Assembly (NCBI RefSeq): GCF_009914755.1
Contig: NC_060927.1
Length of the DNA: 64,000 bases
Strand: one strand, 5' to 3'
Origin: the human T2T-CHM13v2.0 reference genome, Homo sapiens
Part shown: positions 36,146 to 50,070 of the stretch, one piece after another
How the letters are laid out: each line of letters opens with the position of its first letter
Position numbering within the stretch: the stretch's first letter is position 1
The notes under the pieces: generated by a model
The model's database searches: none
Told to the model about the DNA's origin: nothing
Seen by the model: the letters and a program-made list of their open reading frames with translations, nothing else
Position numbers and translations under genes: made by a program

Positions 36146-37941
36146 ACCATACACCATGGAAGTTAGCCTTCCACCTCAGGAGAAAGCAAGCTGCTCTCAT
36201 AAGCCTCTCACCAACTACCCAGTAGTCTTTGCCTCCAAACTGAACAACAGGAAAAAGTGCCATAGTTTTTAATTAAGCTGTTTTAAAAGTCCATGTTCCG
36301 GGAGAAAACAAAAAAGAAACAAACAAAACACTTGTTATTTGCTGAACTGACAAACTGACAGATATTCCACGAGAGTTGAAAGCCTTGGATCGAGGTGATT
36401 GCCTGGTTACTGAGTGCTAACTCCACTGAGGCAAGTGTTAGCCCCCCAAGGCTCAGTGCCTTCCCAGCACAGCTCAGCCCATAATGATCTCTGAGCAGGA
36501 GTGTTCATTATCTCAGACTGATTTTCATTTCAGCCCTACTCTTGCCATTGCTCTAAAAATGATCCTAAAGACTTGTGACTGTTTGAATCAATAGCAACAT
36601 CATCAGTAGAAAGCCCGACCAAGCACACTTCGAAATTAGCAATCTTCTTGGCTCTATGGCTCAATATCAGCAAGAAGAAAAAAAGACAACTTTTTTTTTA
36701 ATCATCCCCACATTTAAATTAACCAAATAGTTTTTACAAAAAAGTAGGTAAGTGGGTTTAATTCTTTGAAAGTATTTGCCAGTGAAAAGTAGATGATTTT
36801 TAGGTAAGATAACGTTTAGGCCTCTGGGGGATCCCCAAAGCCTTCTGCAATGTACTCTGGCAGGCTATGAATGGTACAGGATTCTGCATCTATATGAGAC
36901 ATTTATTGAGGCTGACAAGCAAAAGCCCTTGGCACAATTTAATTTTCACATAACCACTTTCCATTGTCCAGCTGCAGGCAAAAGAAATGAGCAATGAAAG
37001 TTTTGAAGTCTACCCCAGTACCCTCATTTCCTGTCTTTATTTCCTTTACTTTATAGATGTATTCTATACCTGCTATGTAGATAATGCTCTAGTTTTCCCT
37101 TTAGTGCCAACTGGAAAAGGAGAGTTGGCTTTACAGGGGCTGTAGATTAAGAGCCAGGCTTCATTCCATCCCAGGGAGACAAAAAGAGACAGAAGAAGTT
37201 ACCTCCAGCAGCACCCCAGAAAGCTGACAGATATTCCCTGTATGCAGGTAGTAAACAGATGGGAGTCTGTGTTTGCAGCTATGTTCAGTGTAATTCAGCA
37301 GACCTTCACTGGGCACTTGTGATGGGTCAGGCCCTGTGCCAGCAACAGGGGAAGGGAGGATGAACAAGGCATGTTTCCCTGACCATGAGGAGCTCTTGGC
37401 CTGTGAGCTGTTGGGATGTCCCTTTGTGGTGTTGGAAGCTGTGCACGAGCAGTCAGGACTTTGAGGACAGAAGTTTAGTGTTAGGGAGGCAGGGTAACTT
37501 GCTTTGACAGCTACCCACCCTAAGTCAGATGACAGGTGTAATTCTAGGGGCCCTGATATGCATCACTGAGGCAGACTGAGGAGCTCTCCAGGGAAGTAGG
37601 CAATATTTCCCTGAATATTCCTCAATTCCAATCAAGGCTGACTCAGTTCACTTATGGATGAAAGCCAGTTACCCTGCCCACTGGGCAGAAATAACATGGT
37701 TGACAGCTGACATTCAGAGAAAATAAGACAGAAGCAGTCCTTAAATATAAACAGCAGCCAGGTGGACCTGGAAATTTAGGAAGGGTGATGCAGGTAGAGG
37801 GGCCAGCAGGAGCCAAGTCTCAAAAGGCACAAGCCAGACTGATGCAAGGGAGCCCTCCTGAGGCCCAACATCAGAGCTGAAGATCTAAGGAGGGCCCACC
37901 TCCACGAGACCTGCTGAGGGCTTACATTTGGTGCTGAGGAG

Positions 37942-38095
37942 CAGTGGTTCCCTGGGCCAGCTGCATCACCTGGGAACATGTGAGAAGTGCATATTCTTGG
38001 GCCCCACCCCAGACCTACTGAATGAGAAGCTCTGGAGGCAGGCAGTCTGTGATTTAATGAGCTTTCTGACACACACTAAAGTTTGAGAACCACTG
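37942..38095. mobile_element. MER5A hAT MITE
   Basis: TIRs cagtggttc / gaaccactg; gggccccaccccagacctactgaat core. Confidence 0.88.
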
Positions 38096-41000
38096 ATGCA
38101 GAGGATGAGGAGATGACTTGAGCTGGCATCGGGAAGAACTGACTATTAACTAACAAGGTAAAATCAATGACTAGTGCAGTGAGGGTGCCAAAGCAAACCA
38201 CCCCCAGCCCCCATCCTGGGCCTTTTTGGCTCCAGTTTATACTCACTGAAGCAGTGGTTTCAAGGAACCTTGGTCCTAGTCCGCATCCTTCACCTGCCCT
38301 TGGGCATGAGACAATTCCTGCCTGCCTGCCCCTTCTATCCTAGAGAGAGAGACTGCCCAGGAGAGGCTGCCATGAGGTCACTCATCCCCAGGAAGGCCAC
38401 CTGCCAGGTTTCTGTAAGCTGAGCAGCCTCTTCGAGGGCCATATTTTGTGGAGAAACACTGAAACTGCAGCAGTGACCCTGGTCACTAGGAGAGCTGCTT
38501 TCTACACAGCCTGTATGCTGGTGGAGACACCCAGGGCCTGGCAGAGTGTGGAGGGGGTCATTTAAGGACGTTGCCAGGTTGCCGCAGCACTGCTCTGTTT
38601 GTTTGTAATGAGACTGGGGCATGCAGCATCACAATTCAAACACTGAATTGCTTGGGGAATGGATGGCCTTCCTTGGAAGGGCAGTAACTCATTCTGGATG
38701 TTACTAAAAGTAGAAAACAAAAATCCAAAAACAAACCTACAGCCTCATTTACAATTAGAATCTGTCTGGGCCTTCTGATTTCTAAAGTCTGTGAGGCTGC
38801 CAGGATTCACCAATTCTCCTTTCCCCTGAGGCCCAGCAACTATTGATTTATAGCTTAAACTCTGTGAAGGTCCACAGACCTTTGAAAGGAACTTGCTGGT
38901 ACTTTGTCAGTCGTGTACACCTAACTGACTCCTCCTACGAGGTACAGTCTCCTCATACAAGGGGTTTTGAGATGGAGAGTCAGAGGGCCAGGGCCCTGGG
39001 CTTTGGGGTGGAAGGACAGAAGAGTAGCAGTCTAGGAAAGGGACTAGACATGTAGCCTAGGAAAACTAGCACCATCTGTTGAGTTCTGAAGAACCCAGAT
39101 TCTCTCCTGCTCACAGCCTCAGCAGTCTTTTCAGAGTCCTCCTGAATGGCCCAAAGACACCCCTGTTTCTGGGGAACAGAAGGGAGCTGGTACCTCTGGA
39201 CCATTGAGGCAACACCTCCCCAGAGGCAGGACCCCGCCCCCATGAGAACATGCAGTTGAATGATGTGGTGCCTGGCCAGGACCTTGGAAAACGTGGCCAT
39301 GTGAGACTAGTATAGATCTCCAACTATTGCTGCCTCTGCTGATATGGCCACCTCCTTAAGGTAAGAAGACTACCGACTTAGCTATTGTGGCACCACGGGA
39401 GCCTAGCACTGCACCTGGCCCATGACATGTGTGCCACAAATGTTGAATTGAATTGAATCCCAGAGATCACTTGACCTCAGTGAAGGGACTGGGTTTGAAG
39501 AATTAAGACCCCCCAGTGGAGAAAGCCTCCTCCAACTTCCTTCTCGGTTTGTGAGTCAAGGTCCTTTGTAAAATCAGATCGACGAGGGTGGAAGTGCAGT
39601 GAACAGAGGACAACATTTGTGATGCACGTGGGAGAAAACAGGAGTGGGGTTGTTTGGGGACTACCCCTTCCTAGCTATAGTCAGTAAATGGAGCCCCTAA
39701 GCAAGGAGCAGGGGTAGATGTGCCTGGGTGAGGCCTGCTTGCTCCACCGTCGAGGTCATGGGCAGCATCCCAACTGAGGAGAGAAAACCCTAATTTGTTA
39801 ATGACCCAGCCTTGTGCTGCTCTCCAGTTCCTTTTATCAGATTTACTGCAGAGCAGATTCATCAACATGAAGTTCAATTCCCAGTAGACTAATGAAAAGA
39901 GGGCAACAGACTTGAGAAGAGCCAAAATGCAGACAGTGTGTATTAATCACAGACAACAGAAACGTGTTAGCTTTAATGTCTGTTTGCTTTTATCTTGAAA
40001 TGAAAATGCATCTCTGTTACCTGGACCCTTTTTACTGCACATTTCAGAACAGAAATGGGACACCCACACACGTATTGAGGGTCCTTTTCCCCGGCAGGAG
40101 GAGCTACCAGAGAAATGAGCCCACATTTTGTGTGCAGAGAGAATCAACCCACAGGTCTCAGCTGCAGACTCCAGCACCTCTGCAGAGAAGGCAGGCAAAG
40201 GGATGAGGAGGTAGCATCTCCTCTTCAGAAGGATTCATAAGGGCCTCTGTGAGGAGGGCCTTGCTTGTGCCTGTGGGTCATGGATGTTAATATAAAGGCT
40301 CATCCACCCTTGGTGGCAAAAGTGCATCCATCCTGGCCAATATAGAACACTCACATCTGGAGCCCACGCCCACCCACCTCCAGCTCCTCTACATGGCTGC
40401 AAGAGCATGGCTGATGTGTGGGATTCAGAAGAGGTCTGCTCATGTTCACTAGCCAAACTTTAGGTGGTGTGATACAGCAAAAAGCTTTTTTTGTTTTTCT
40501 GTTTTTGTTTTGTTTTTGGCGTGGAGGAGAAATTTAGACTTGAAAGTCAGGGCTGATCACTCAAAAAGTAAGATAGGAGATATTGAGGGAAAATGTGACT
40601 CATAGTTGGAGAGGAAACAGGAGAGTGGGTACAAGTGACAGCACCAGGAACAACCCCCTCCCCCAGATGCCAAAGCATTGCTCTGTATCTAAAGATGCAT
40701 CCAAGTTTGCAAAAAATTATGGGTAAATCTGGCCATGTGACCAAAGAGGCAGTCAAATCAATTGCTTCCAAAGTCAGAGCTGTTTGAAGGTGATCAGCTC
40801 TTAATTGAACTAGTCATGATGAATCAATCCAACTGACTGCATCCAGTCTGACCTCGGTGGTTTCCATAAAGGGTTGTTGATGTCCTGAGCTGGACAGGGT
40901 GGGCAGGAGGTTGAAGAAAACCAGTTGGTGAGTATAGAAAAGAAATTGCATGTAGAAGTTGTTTGTTCTCAAAGAAATCTGTAGGTGTTAGAGCTGGGTT

Positions 41001-41124
41001 TGTTATGTTATTGTCAGGGACATTATAATATTGGTAAGGAGGAGAGAATGATTTGGTGGGGTATTCGAGAAATTTGAGTACAAAATATAAATTATCAGAG
41101 ATGAGTAGGCTATGGACAGCTGAT

Positions 41125-41200
41125 TATATATATGTGTGTGTGTGTATATGTGTGCATATATGTGTACATATACACATACCCCAAAGCCATATACATATCT
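41125..41200. repeat. (TA)/(TG)/(CA) compound microsatellite
   Basis: tatatatatgtgtgtgtgtgtatatgtgtgcatatatgtgtacatatacacatac. Confidence 0.85.
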
Positions 41201-42698
41201 ATAATACAGAAGTAAGAATAAAGTCATAAGTACCAGCATATTTTAAATCCTTAGAAGCACTGGTTGGGATGTTACATGTTTTTTCACTGTTGTTGTTTAC
41301 CGTTAGCTCTCAAAGCAGTGGGAATAGTGCTTGGCACATAGTAGGAGTTTGGTAAACATTTGGAAATTGAAGACCCAGCTTATCACTCCTTCATAGAGAC
41401 TCAGTAGTATGAGTATACCCCAAATTGAATGAGCCACAGAGAAATGCATCCAGCCACACTCCCTCTTAGCTGAGGAGAAGCCTCTGTGAATCCACAGATT
41501 CCATGCAATATTCAGCCAGCCGCAGACACAAGGTCTGGCTCCCTTGTCGTGAGAGTGAAGGCATGCTGCACACAGTGGGTTTGCATGCACCTAGACTGCA
41601 TCTGCTGAACACCCAACAGCTGTTTCTACAAGCTAAAGTTGTAGCTTCTCTCTACCACTGTCTAAAGCTGTAGCTTGTCTCTACTATTGTCTCTACACCG
41701 TTGCCCAAACACTTGGTATAATGCTATTGAATTTTTCACCTCCAGGCATGATTTTGTAACCAATGTAAAGGTTCTGGGTTCAGCCAGTCTAAAAAGTCTA
41801 ATAATTTCTTCTCTCAGTCCTTCCCTTCTCCCTTGTCTGGAGCTGCCACCGCCATTTAAAAGTGTTGGACGCTGTTTATTCCCAGCTTCTCAACCTCAGT
41901 GTGTGTGGGAAAGGCCTGAAAGAGAGAGGTATGTTTTCTCTCCTCCAGAGTCTCTGTGGTGTTGACACAGCAGAGAGAGGAGGGGGAGCAGCCTCGTCTT
42001 GCAGAATCACCTTCAATCACTGCTACTGTCTGGGCCATTACTGCCAGTCTGGCCGGTGTCTCCCACAGTGGATGGCTTTGCCTCCAGCGGTGGACCAGTG
42101 TGTACCTGACATGTATCAGACTTCTGAGCTCTTCAAGCTGCCTCAAAGAATGAATCTTTTTAGTCTAGAAAATGTGTTTATTTGATAAATATACTATTGT
42201 GTATGAGTGTGAAACAATGCAGACTTTGGAGTATCTCATTAGAAGGACTGTATGAATTTATAGAAAATTGAATCTAATTTCAGAAGAGCGCACTGTCTTC
42301 TCAGTCAACAAGGTTGCCCAGCCACAGAGGGTCAGAGAAAATGTCCTTTCCCCTCCCCACTCCTTTTCATAGAATCCTCTCTCAGGCCTAACTGAGCTGT
42401 CATATCCAATTCAGACTGACACAGAGTGAGGGGCGCTGAGAGTCTCTATGTATATAAAGATATAGGAAGAAAATAAGGATCATCACAGGAATCTGTTGGG
42501 CTTCTCCCCATGACTGTGATCTTACCCATGTTTGAATCACAAACTTTAAATTTATAATAATTATGATTCTTGCAGTTTTCAAGTAATTTGTTAAATGCCT
42601 ATTCAACACAGACAGATTTTTATTTTCAGCTGTGGCTTGTAAATGCCTACAAACTGATTCATGTTGGTGGTCGTTATGACACTTTCTGTGAATTGGTG

Positions 42699-42704
42699 AA
42701 TAAA
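42699..42704 (+). terminator. Candidate distal polyadenylation signal (AATAAA)
   Basis: ggtgAATAAAtatg with CA dinucleotides about 17-20 nt downstream. TGTA elements at 42250, 42449 and 42638. T-rich sequence at 42745-42755. Confidence 0.7.
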
Positions 42705-43620
42705 TATGATTTTAGAATTTCACAGTAAAGATGACCTCTGAGAGTTTTATTCTTCAGACTATTTGATAAGGCAAGACACCAAGAACTGCTCTGGCTGGGT
42801 CAATACTCTCTGGGGCTCTGTCCTAAATCCATGCCTGGGGAAGAGAGATGGGCGGGATGTGAGGCTGGTGGCATGGCAAGTTGGCCCCTATCAGGCTTCA
42901 GTCAGGGAACTTTTTTACACCCAGAGCCAAATTTGGCAGCGCAGTTATTGGAGACCAATGAAAAGACGTTCCTTATAACACTGGGCATTTATTCAGCACT
43001 TACGAAGTGCTGGAGCTCTACATGCATGATCTTAACCCCCAAGGTAGGCTGTTTTTACTGTTAAATGTGGAAAAGATGAGACTCAGAGGAGTCAGGGGCC
43101 CTGCATGAGGGCAGCAGAATTGGAACCTCCCTGTCTCTCTCCTACTGCTTCTTTTGTTCCCTCTTGCTCCTCCAGTAGACCTTCGTCCTGCTGACCTGCC
43201 CTAACACCCAGATACCCCCCCAGGGTCCCCTTTCCCCCAAAGCCCACTGAAGACGGGCTCCCTTTGCCATCGAGAGCTGGCAGAGATCCAGAGCGCTTCC
43301 CTAGGATTCTGCAAGTTGTGGTTACTGCAGCCTCCATCCTGTTTTGTATTGGGCCAACCCAATACAAAACCCTATCTTTTGCTTGAATTCCTCAGGGCAG
43401 CAGGGAAAATTCAAACAAAGTATTGTTGGAAGTGTTGGGGTCATGAAGATGAATCACTTGCCCAGGATATGGCAAACAGCTACATATCACAATCGACATT
43501 CTTGTTTTTGGACTCCTTTTGGCCAGCCTCCCCAGCCATGTGCCATCTTCCTGCCCTCTCCCCACTCCCTTCTCTCCCTCCTCTCATCTCTCTTCATCCT
43601 TCTCAGATGTAAAAAGTGAG

Positions 43621-43960
<340 letters not shown>

Positions 43961-44240
43961 TAAAGAGCAGCATCATCATCTTTTCTTCATTGCCTGGTCT
44001 CCTGCCAAAAGCCATACTCGTCCTCCTACCCCAAGCAGTTAATCAAGATTTGTTCCCAAATATAGATCATTCACACCCTAATAGGAATTTTTCTTCTAAA
44101 CATTAAGATAAGATTTTTTTTCTGCCCAATGTTTGTCAACTGGAAATATAATTTTTCTTTTACATCTCAGAGAGTCAACAAGGAAACTAAGAAGCCTTCA
44201 TCGGTTTGGTAGTCCTTCCACACTATACCTTGGTAACTTC

Positions 44241-44285
44241 CATGTGTACATGCGCGCGTGCGTGCACACACACACACACACACAC
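44241..44285. repeat. 45 bp alternating purine-pyrimidine tract with CG core and (CA)n (Z-DNA prone)
   Basis: catgtgtacatgcgcgcgtgcgtgcacacacacacacacacacac. Confidence 0.9.
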
Positions 44286-45269
44286 CTATTTTTGGGCTTC
44301 CCTGGTGCTCAATGTAGCAGCTAACTACCAAATTTCTGACAGTTCGCACCACTCTCTTACTCTCCAAACAATTCTGGCCTGTGTTCTTGCTGTCTGATAG
44401 ATTCTTCATTGCCTTTCTGTGTCTATTCCTTCTCATCTCTTTTAAAAGCATCTCCTCATCCCTCAGCCACCACAGCAGCCTCCTCCCTGGCTTCCATCTT
44501 TCCAGACTACGTACGTGCCATGGGGCTAACATTGCTGAAGTTGCAGTGGGAGGTGCCCCTCAGGCTGACAAGCCACAGAGACTTCCAGTAACTTATACTT
44601 TCAAAGCAAAGTCCCTGGTGCTCTAAGGATTCCCCAGTCCCTAGGGGGCCAATAAACTATACTCTTTATCCTGAAAAAATACTAGTTTATCTGGCTTGAA
44701 TAAACTTGGTAGAGGTTCATGGCAAAAAACTTCAAAACAACAACAAAAACAAATGTATAAACTATGGATAAAAGTCCTGGACAGAGGTGTTATCACAATC
44801 ATATCTGGGTTCATGCTCTAGTGGAGAGCTTGGGATATAGCAAGGGCTCAGAAATAATTTATTATACAGAATTGAATTAAACCTCAAATCCAAGGTTCTA
44901 AATGACCTGGCCTCAACCTAAGTTTTCATCCTTTTATTGCCCACTTGCCCAGCACAAATCCTAGGTCTTGGCATTCTCAAAGCACATGGCAGTCCCAAAG
45001 CACATGGAGACTCCCATCTCCAACGCTTTTGTTCCTGCTACTCCTGATACCTGGAATGTCATCCCTCCTTACATGTCTTACACAATGAAAATCTTATCCC
45101 TAACTGGAGGTCTCACTTCAGAGTTGCAGAGCTATTTATCAGTGAGGCCATGCTTGATTTCCCCAGTGGAATGTAATCCTACCATTCTATGCACCCCCGG
45201 ACCATGTCCTGTCTTATTGTTAAGTTCCTTCTAGTGGCAGGTGGGGAGAACAAGACATAGAACATGTTG

Positions 45270-45612
45270 CTCTAAACCAAACTCAAACACCTGCAGAGGT
45301 AAGGCAGGTAGCATAAGTGAATACAGCTGCCTGAGTGGGACTAGGGTGAAAAGAAAAATGCATGGCAAGTGCAGAGGGCTTGCTGTACCTCAGCTTCAGC
45401 CAACTGTCTCAGTACAAGGATGGTTGCCAATTATTGCCAGATCTTCTGATTTTTTTTCTTTTAAGAGAAGTCAAAAACACAGATTTTCCATGTGAAATCT
45501 ACCCGATTTAAAATTGGGGCAGGAAATTCACTTTTTAAACAAATGTTACAGGGGCCAAGTAAAATAAGTTGTCAGGCTGAATTTAATACATGGGCAACTG
45601 GGTTGCAGCCTC
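45270..45612. mobile_element. MER102-like hAT-Charlie element
   Basis: ttgccagatcttctgattttt...aagagaagtcaaaaacacagattttccatgtgaaatct matches remembered MER102. Confidence 0.7.
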
Positions 45613-45791
45613 TATTCTAAACTATATTAGCATGGACCAGGTGTGTCAGATTAACCAGAAAAAAAATTGTCCCAACACCCTCAATTTAGGTGATTGGGTC
45701 TTGTAGGTGATGGGTACTCATAAATGCCACTGCAAGTGTGGCAGAAGGACAGAGATGGTAAAAGCAAAGATTAGCCATGTGAGCATCTCGG

Positions 45792-45982
45792 CAGTGGTGT
45801 GCTGGTAAATGGTTAACAACCCCCTTTGGGGTTGGGGCAGGTCTAATTTGTAAAGTGTTGATTCCCATGGTGCAAGTACCACCATGGCTGGTTTTAAGCC
45901 ATCAACATGATGTCACTGAGCTCAGAGTTGGAAAGAGATGCTACCATTGGCTTTTGGGAGCCAGCTCTAGCTCACATCACTG
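45792..45982. mobile_element. MER63-like hAT-Blackjack MITE
   Basis: Termini cagtggtgtgctggtaaat / gctcacatcactg; internal ccaccatggctggttttaagc. Confidence 0.8.
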
Positions 45983-46674
45983 TTTAAAGATCAGATATCA
46001 AGAAAAACCCAAGAGCACCTTTAACCATGAACAAATAAGCCTGCCACCTTCCTAATGACTCAATCTAGTATTGGGAAGGCTCATGACCTACATGAAAACC
46101 TCCTTCACACAACCAGGGATAAAATGCTGCCACTTTCATTGATGACTGTAATCTCTGTTAATAGCTAAATAACTTGAATGGGGGCTGCTGGTTACATTAA
46201 GTGAGGCTTAGTCACTGAAGACTCTGTGGGGAGAAGGAACCAGAATGGAGAGACAGAGTGCTGTAAACTGACTATGCTCCAAAAGACAGAGGAGCCTGGA
46301 GGGCAGAAAGGACAAGTAACTCAGCTACCTTTCCTCCATCACAAACCACAAACCATGTGGCCACCTCCTGACTTTTCATGACTGAGAAATGAGACACAGC
46401 CAGGGTACAGGGAGCAGGGGGAGGAGAGGAAAAGAGCAATGCTGGGAGAGATGAAACGAGGCCTGAAATAGAGGAGAGTTGACAATATCAGGACCCCACC
46501 TAGAAGAACAGAAAATTTTCAAAAGAGGCCCAACCCCTAGTGCTCCTGTTTGCTCTCCTTTTGGAATTTGTTGTGAATTTTATAATCTTCTCTAGACTCA
46601 GTACTGCCCTATTTAAAGCCAAGCTGGAAATGTGGACAGCTCGGTGGAGGGCGGGGCCCCTGTAGAAACTGCCT

Positions 46675-47500
46675 GTGTTCATCAGGATTCTTTTTGGTGG
46701 CAAATTGGACAAATCTAAGCAAAAGGATATGTATTTTTCGCTCTCATAACCCAAAAGTGACAAGAGCTGAGGTGTGGCTGGGCCTCACTGATGACGAAAA
46801 GCTTAGGACTTGCTAAGGTGGTTAATATCTAAATCATTACATAAATCTAACTAATCATTGTACATAACCATATATAATTCCATACTTACATATTATGTGC
46901 TTACATACAATTAGGACTTGCTAAGGTTATTGAGATATATATATATATACACCTATATTTTATATAACTATATAAAATTATATATGTTTGGTATTGTATA
47001 TATTGTAATAATACGTTATATAATTTTATAAATTATATATAATATATATTAACCTTAGCAAGACCTAAATCATTCTATATTATATAAACATATAATTATA
47101 CGGTGTATATTAGGTAATTAAATTACATATTATACTATATAATTAAATTACATAATTATATATTAATTACATAATTATATTGTATACTATTTATGTGTTA
47201 ATATCAACATTTTATGCTATATCATTTATTAGGCCCTAACTAGGTGCCCCTCATGTCTGCCCTTTTTGCATATTGGCAGGTTTTTTCTAACCAATTTTTA
47301 TTACTAGGTGGGTTCTGTAGTAGATGGCAGCTCTCAAGCTCACATTTTGTCTGCTATAACTTCAGAAAGGGAAGTGCTCTTCTCCTCGGTACTGGCTCAA
47401 AGTCTTGATTAAGCACTGCTTTGGCCCTCCCTGTGTCAGGTACAGCCCCTGGGGCTATGCATGGGACTAGGGTCCATGTCTGACAGCCTCCCTCTCTCCT
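46675..47500 (-). mobile_element. Ancient LTR (MLT1K/LTR33-like) split by an AT-rich expansion
   Basis: atcaggattctttttggtggcaaa...ctaagcaaaagg...cataacccaaaagt. Appears to resume after ~47235. Confidence 0.45.
46820..47230. repeat. AT-rich low-complexity tract with internal direct and inverted repeats
   Basis: Many TATA/TAAT units. 17-18 bp repeats at 46803, 46911 and (inverted) 47051. Confidence 0.85.
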
Positions 47501-49489
47501 CACCACCAAGAACAAATATCTGGGAGACAGATGGTGCAGGGGAGAGGGGAGGAGCATTGCTCAAAGAAGACACAGAGAACCTTCACTGAAAGAAGGAACA
47601 GGGCTGGGAAGACACAAGAAATAACTCCCCACTGACTGCTTCAGTTCAAGAAGCCCTTGAGCCTGATTTTCCTAATGTGCACTGCATGGAGCACATAGAA
47701 TATTCTTCAATTGATGCGATTTTTTAAGGCTCCCTGAAAAGTTCTGTTCTTGAAAATAATGGGTTGAACAGGTTTTGTTTATTCTAGGAATTTTCAGGAT
47801 GTTTACTGCAAATCATCTAAGGCAATAGGCAAGTGTTTCTCAGACCAATTTGACTATGGAACCCTTTACCTCCTTAAACATTTTTGGGACCAGCATTCAC
47901 TCCAACATGCTTCAGGAACTGTGACCTTAAGTCTGAGATAAGGACCTGGAGCCAAGATGTAGGGTTCTTCCCCTTGTTAGTACCTCATTCCGGAGAACCA
48001 TCCTGAATTAGACAATTAAGCATCCATTTAATATGACTTCTAGGATGAAGAACCTGCTCCATTTCCCTCAAGGCTTGTCTACTCTGACTACCCATTTAAT
48101 ATGCCTTACCTCCCCGTTTGTACCCTCTTGACCTTGCTCAGGAAGGTCTGATCTCAGGTTCAATCAGCCTATTTCAAAAGCTGAGAAAAGTTATGGAGGC
48201 CAAGTATGCAGACACTGCAGCTGACTAGAGGATGCTGGTGCACAGGTGTGATGGCAGCCATGACTGGTGCTGACCACCTGAGTGTCGACACCACAGGCTG
48301 GAAGATGGCTGGTGTCTCCAACCCCACAATGCTCAGGCATGGAAGGGAAATGGCCAAAGACAAAGGACTCCACACTGTCCTCAAGGCCCAGTACCCCGAG
48401 TGGCACATGGCAGCCCTGGGAAATGCCTTCTCTCTTCCTCTTCACTAGTTGTCCAGAGTGTTAACAGCCTGGGTTAAAGCTCACTCTGGGTCAGTCCCAC
48501 TAAACTAGGACCAGAATATGTTAGCAAAATAAACCAAGGTACAAACCTTCCAAAGAGCCTCTGTGTCTTGTTAGTGATCCTAAAGCTGAATGGACTAAGG
48601 CTTACAAATGTTTTTCCCTGTAACAAATTTTTCATGGGAATCATTATAAATATATGTACTTTATTAAGCACTAACTAGGTGCCAGGAATTGTGCTGTGCC
48701 TTACATACATTATTTCATCTTCACCTCACAAAAATTGTATCAGATAAACACATTTATATCTCCATCTACGAATGAGGAAATAAAACACAGAAAGACAAAT
48801 AATCCAAGGCTATGTGATACCAGGGTTCAGGGCCATACAGGATCCCCATCCAACTTAAACTGGTGCTTTCAATCTATATGTCCACTCAAGACAGTCTGCT
48901 TCATGTCACTCAAAAACTGGGTGTCAATATTCCATGTGTTTCCAGTGTTATTACAACTATAAAGCTACTTGGAAGCCCTTAAGAGGGAAAGCTCTGGATG
49001 CTGACATACATCACTTAATTCACTACATGCAAAGATGTACACACGTGCCCAATGGTTTCATCAGTGCCCTTGCTGGATACTAGCCCTGCAGCCTTGGATC
49101 CTGGGATCTGTGAACCTTCTTGCCTTACTCAGAGGCTCAGAAAACTCTCCCAGGTCTCTCATCTCTAAAGAACAGGAAGGTAGCCCCAAAAGCCCTCTGT
49201 CAATTGCCTTTGTGTTCCCCTTCCCAAGGCTACCTTGTCAAAGCTACCATTCCTGTTCTACCCTTCACTTTATCTGCCTTTACTCTTCCAATCACCACCA
49301 ACATTTATAGTCACTCAATAACTGTACAATCATGTCCTGGATGACTACTATTTTGGGGAGACTAAGATAAATACTACACATGTATGTATGAGTGTGATAC
49401 ATATATACATATACCCACAAATACATCTACGCACACACATACATATCTGTGGCCTTCTATTTTCATGACACCTTAGTAAAACCACTTAC

Positions 49490-49660
49490 TAGTCATGGCA
49501 CCACTGTTATGTGACAATTTCACTGAGGTTTTGTTTCCTCATTTGTAAAATGGTGACTATGGTAACTTTCTTAAAGGACTCTTACAATAGTTACATGAGA
49601 TAATTTCTGTAAACTGCCTGCCACAAAGTCCAGCCTTTGGGCACTCACTAAATAATTACT
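49490..49660 (+). mobile_element. MIR SINE
   Basis: gttttgtttcctcatttgtaaaatggtg...gttacatgagataat. Confidence 0.6.
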
Positions 49661-49879
49661 GTCACCACTACTGTCCCAGCATCCTTTAGTAATGAATTGT
49701 ATGGCTCACATTATCATTCATTCAAATCTTCCTTTCTTCATTCACTGAGTTAATTCACTCATTCATTCAGAGATTCTGGGGTCGAGCCTAGATAAAATTC
49801 TCCATGGGTGGCCTCCTCAGATTATTTTGAGAAAGAGGGGAAAAAGAAAGGGCATGGAGATGTATTATACAAAGATTTG

Positions 49880-50070
49880 CTGAGTATTTACTTTGGATCA
49901 GGACTTCACTAGTATTTTCTATTTAATCCTTCCAGCAACCATGAAAGTATCTTCATCCTCATTTTAATGAAGCAACTGAGTTCCAGAAATATTAGGTCTC
50001 CTGTCCAAGGTCATACAGGTGGTGAGAGGCAGAGCCCAGATTCCATCACAGATGTCACATTCTGAATACT
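49880..50070 (-). mobile_element. MIR SINE
   Basis: atttaatccttccagcaacc...ctcattttaatgaagcaactgag...gtccaaggtcatacag. Confidence 0.65.

Noticed and set aside
46760-46806. Hammerhead-ribozyme-like core CTGATGA-C-GAAA preceded by a tgagg/cctca hairpin
   Set aside because: There is no stem II between CUGAUGA and GAAA, no NUH cleavage triplet before the hairpin (gagc) and no convincing stem III. It also lies in an old LTR.
48206-48448. 80 aa GC-balanced ORF, possible pseudogene fragment
   Set aside because: No recognisable homology, poly(A) tail, TSD or splice structure.
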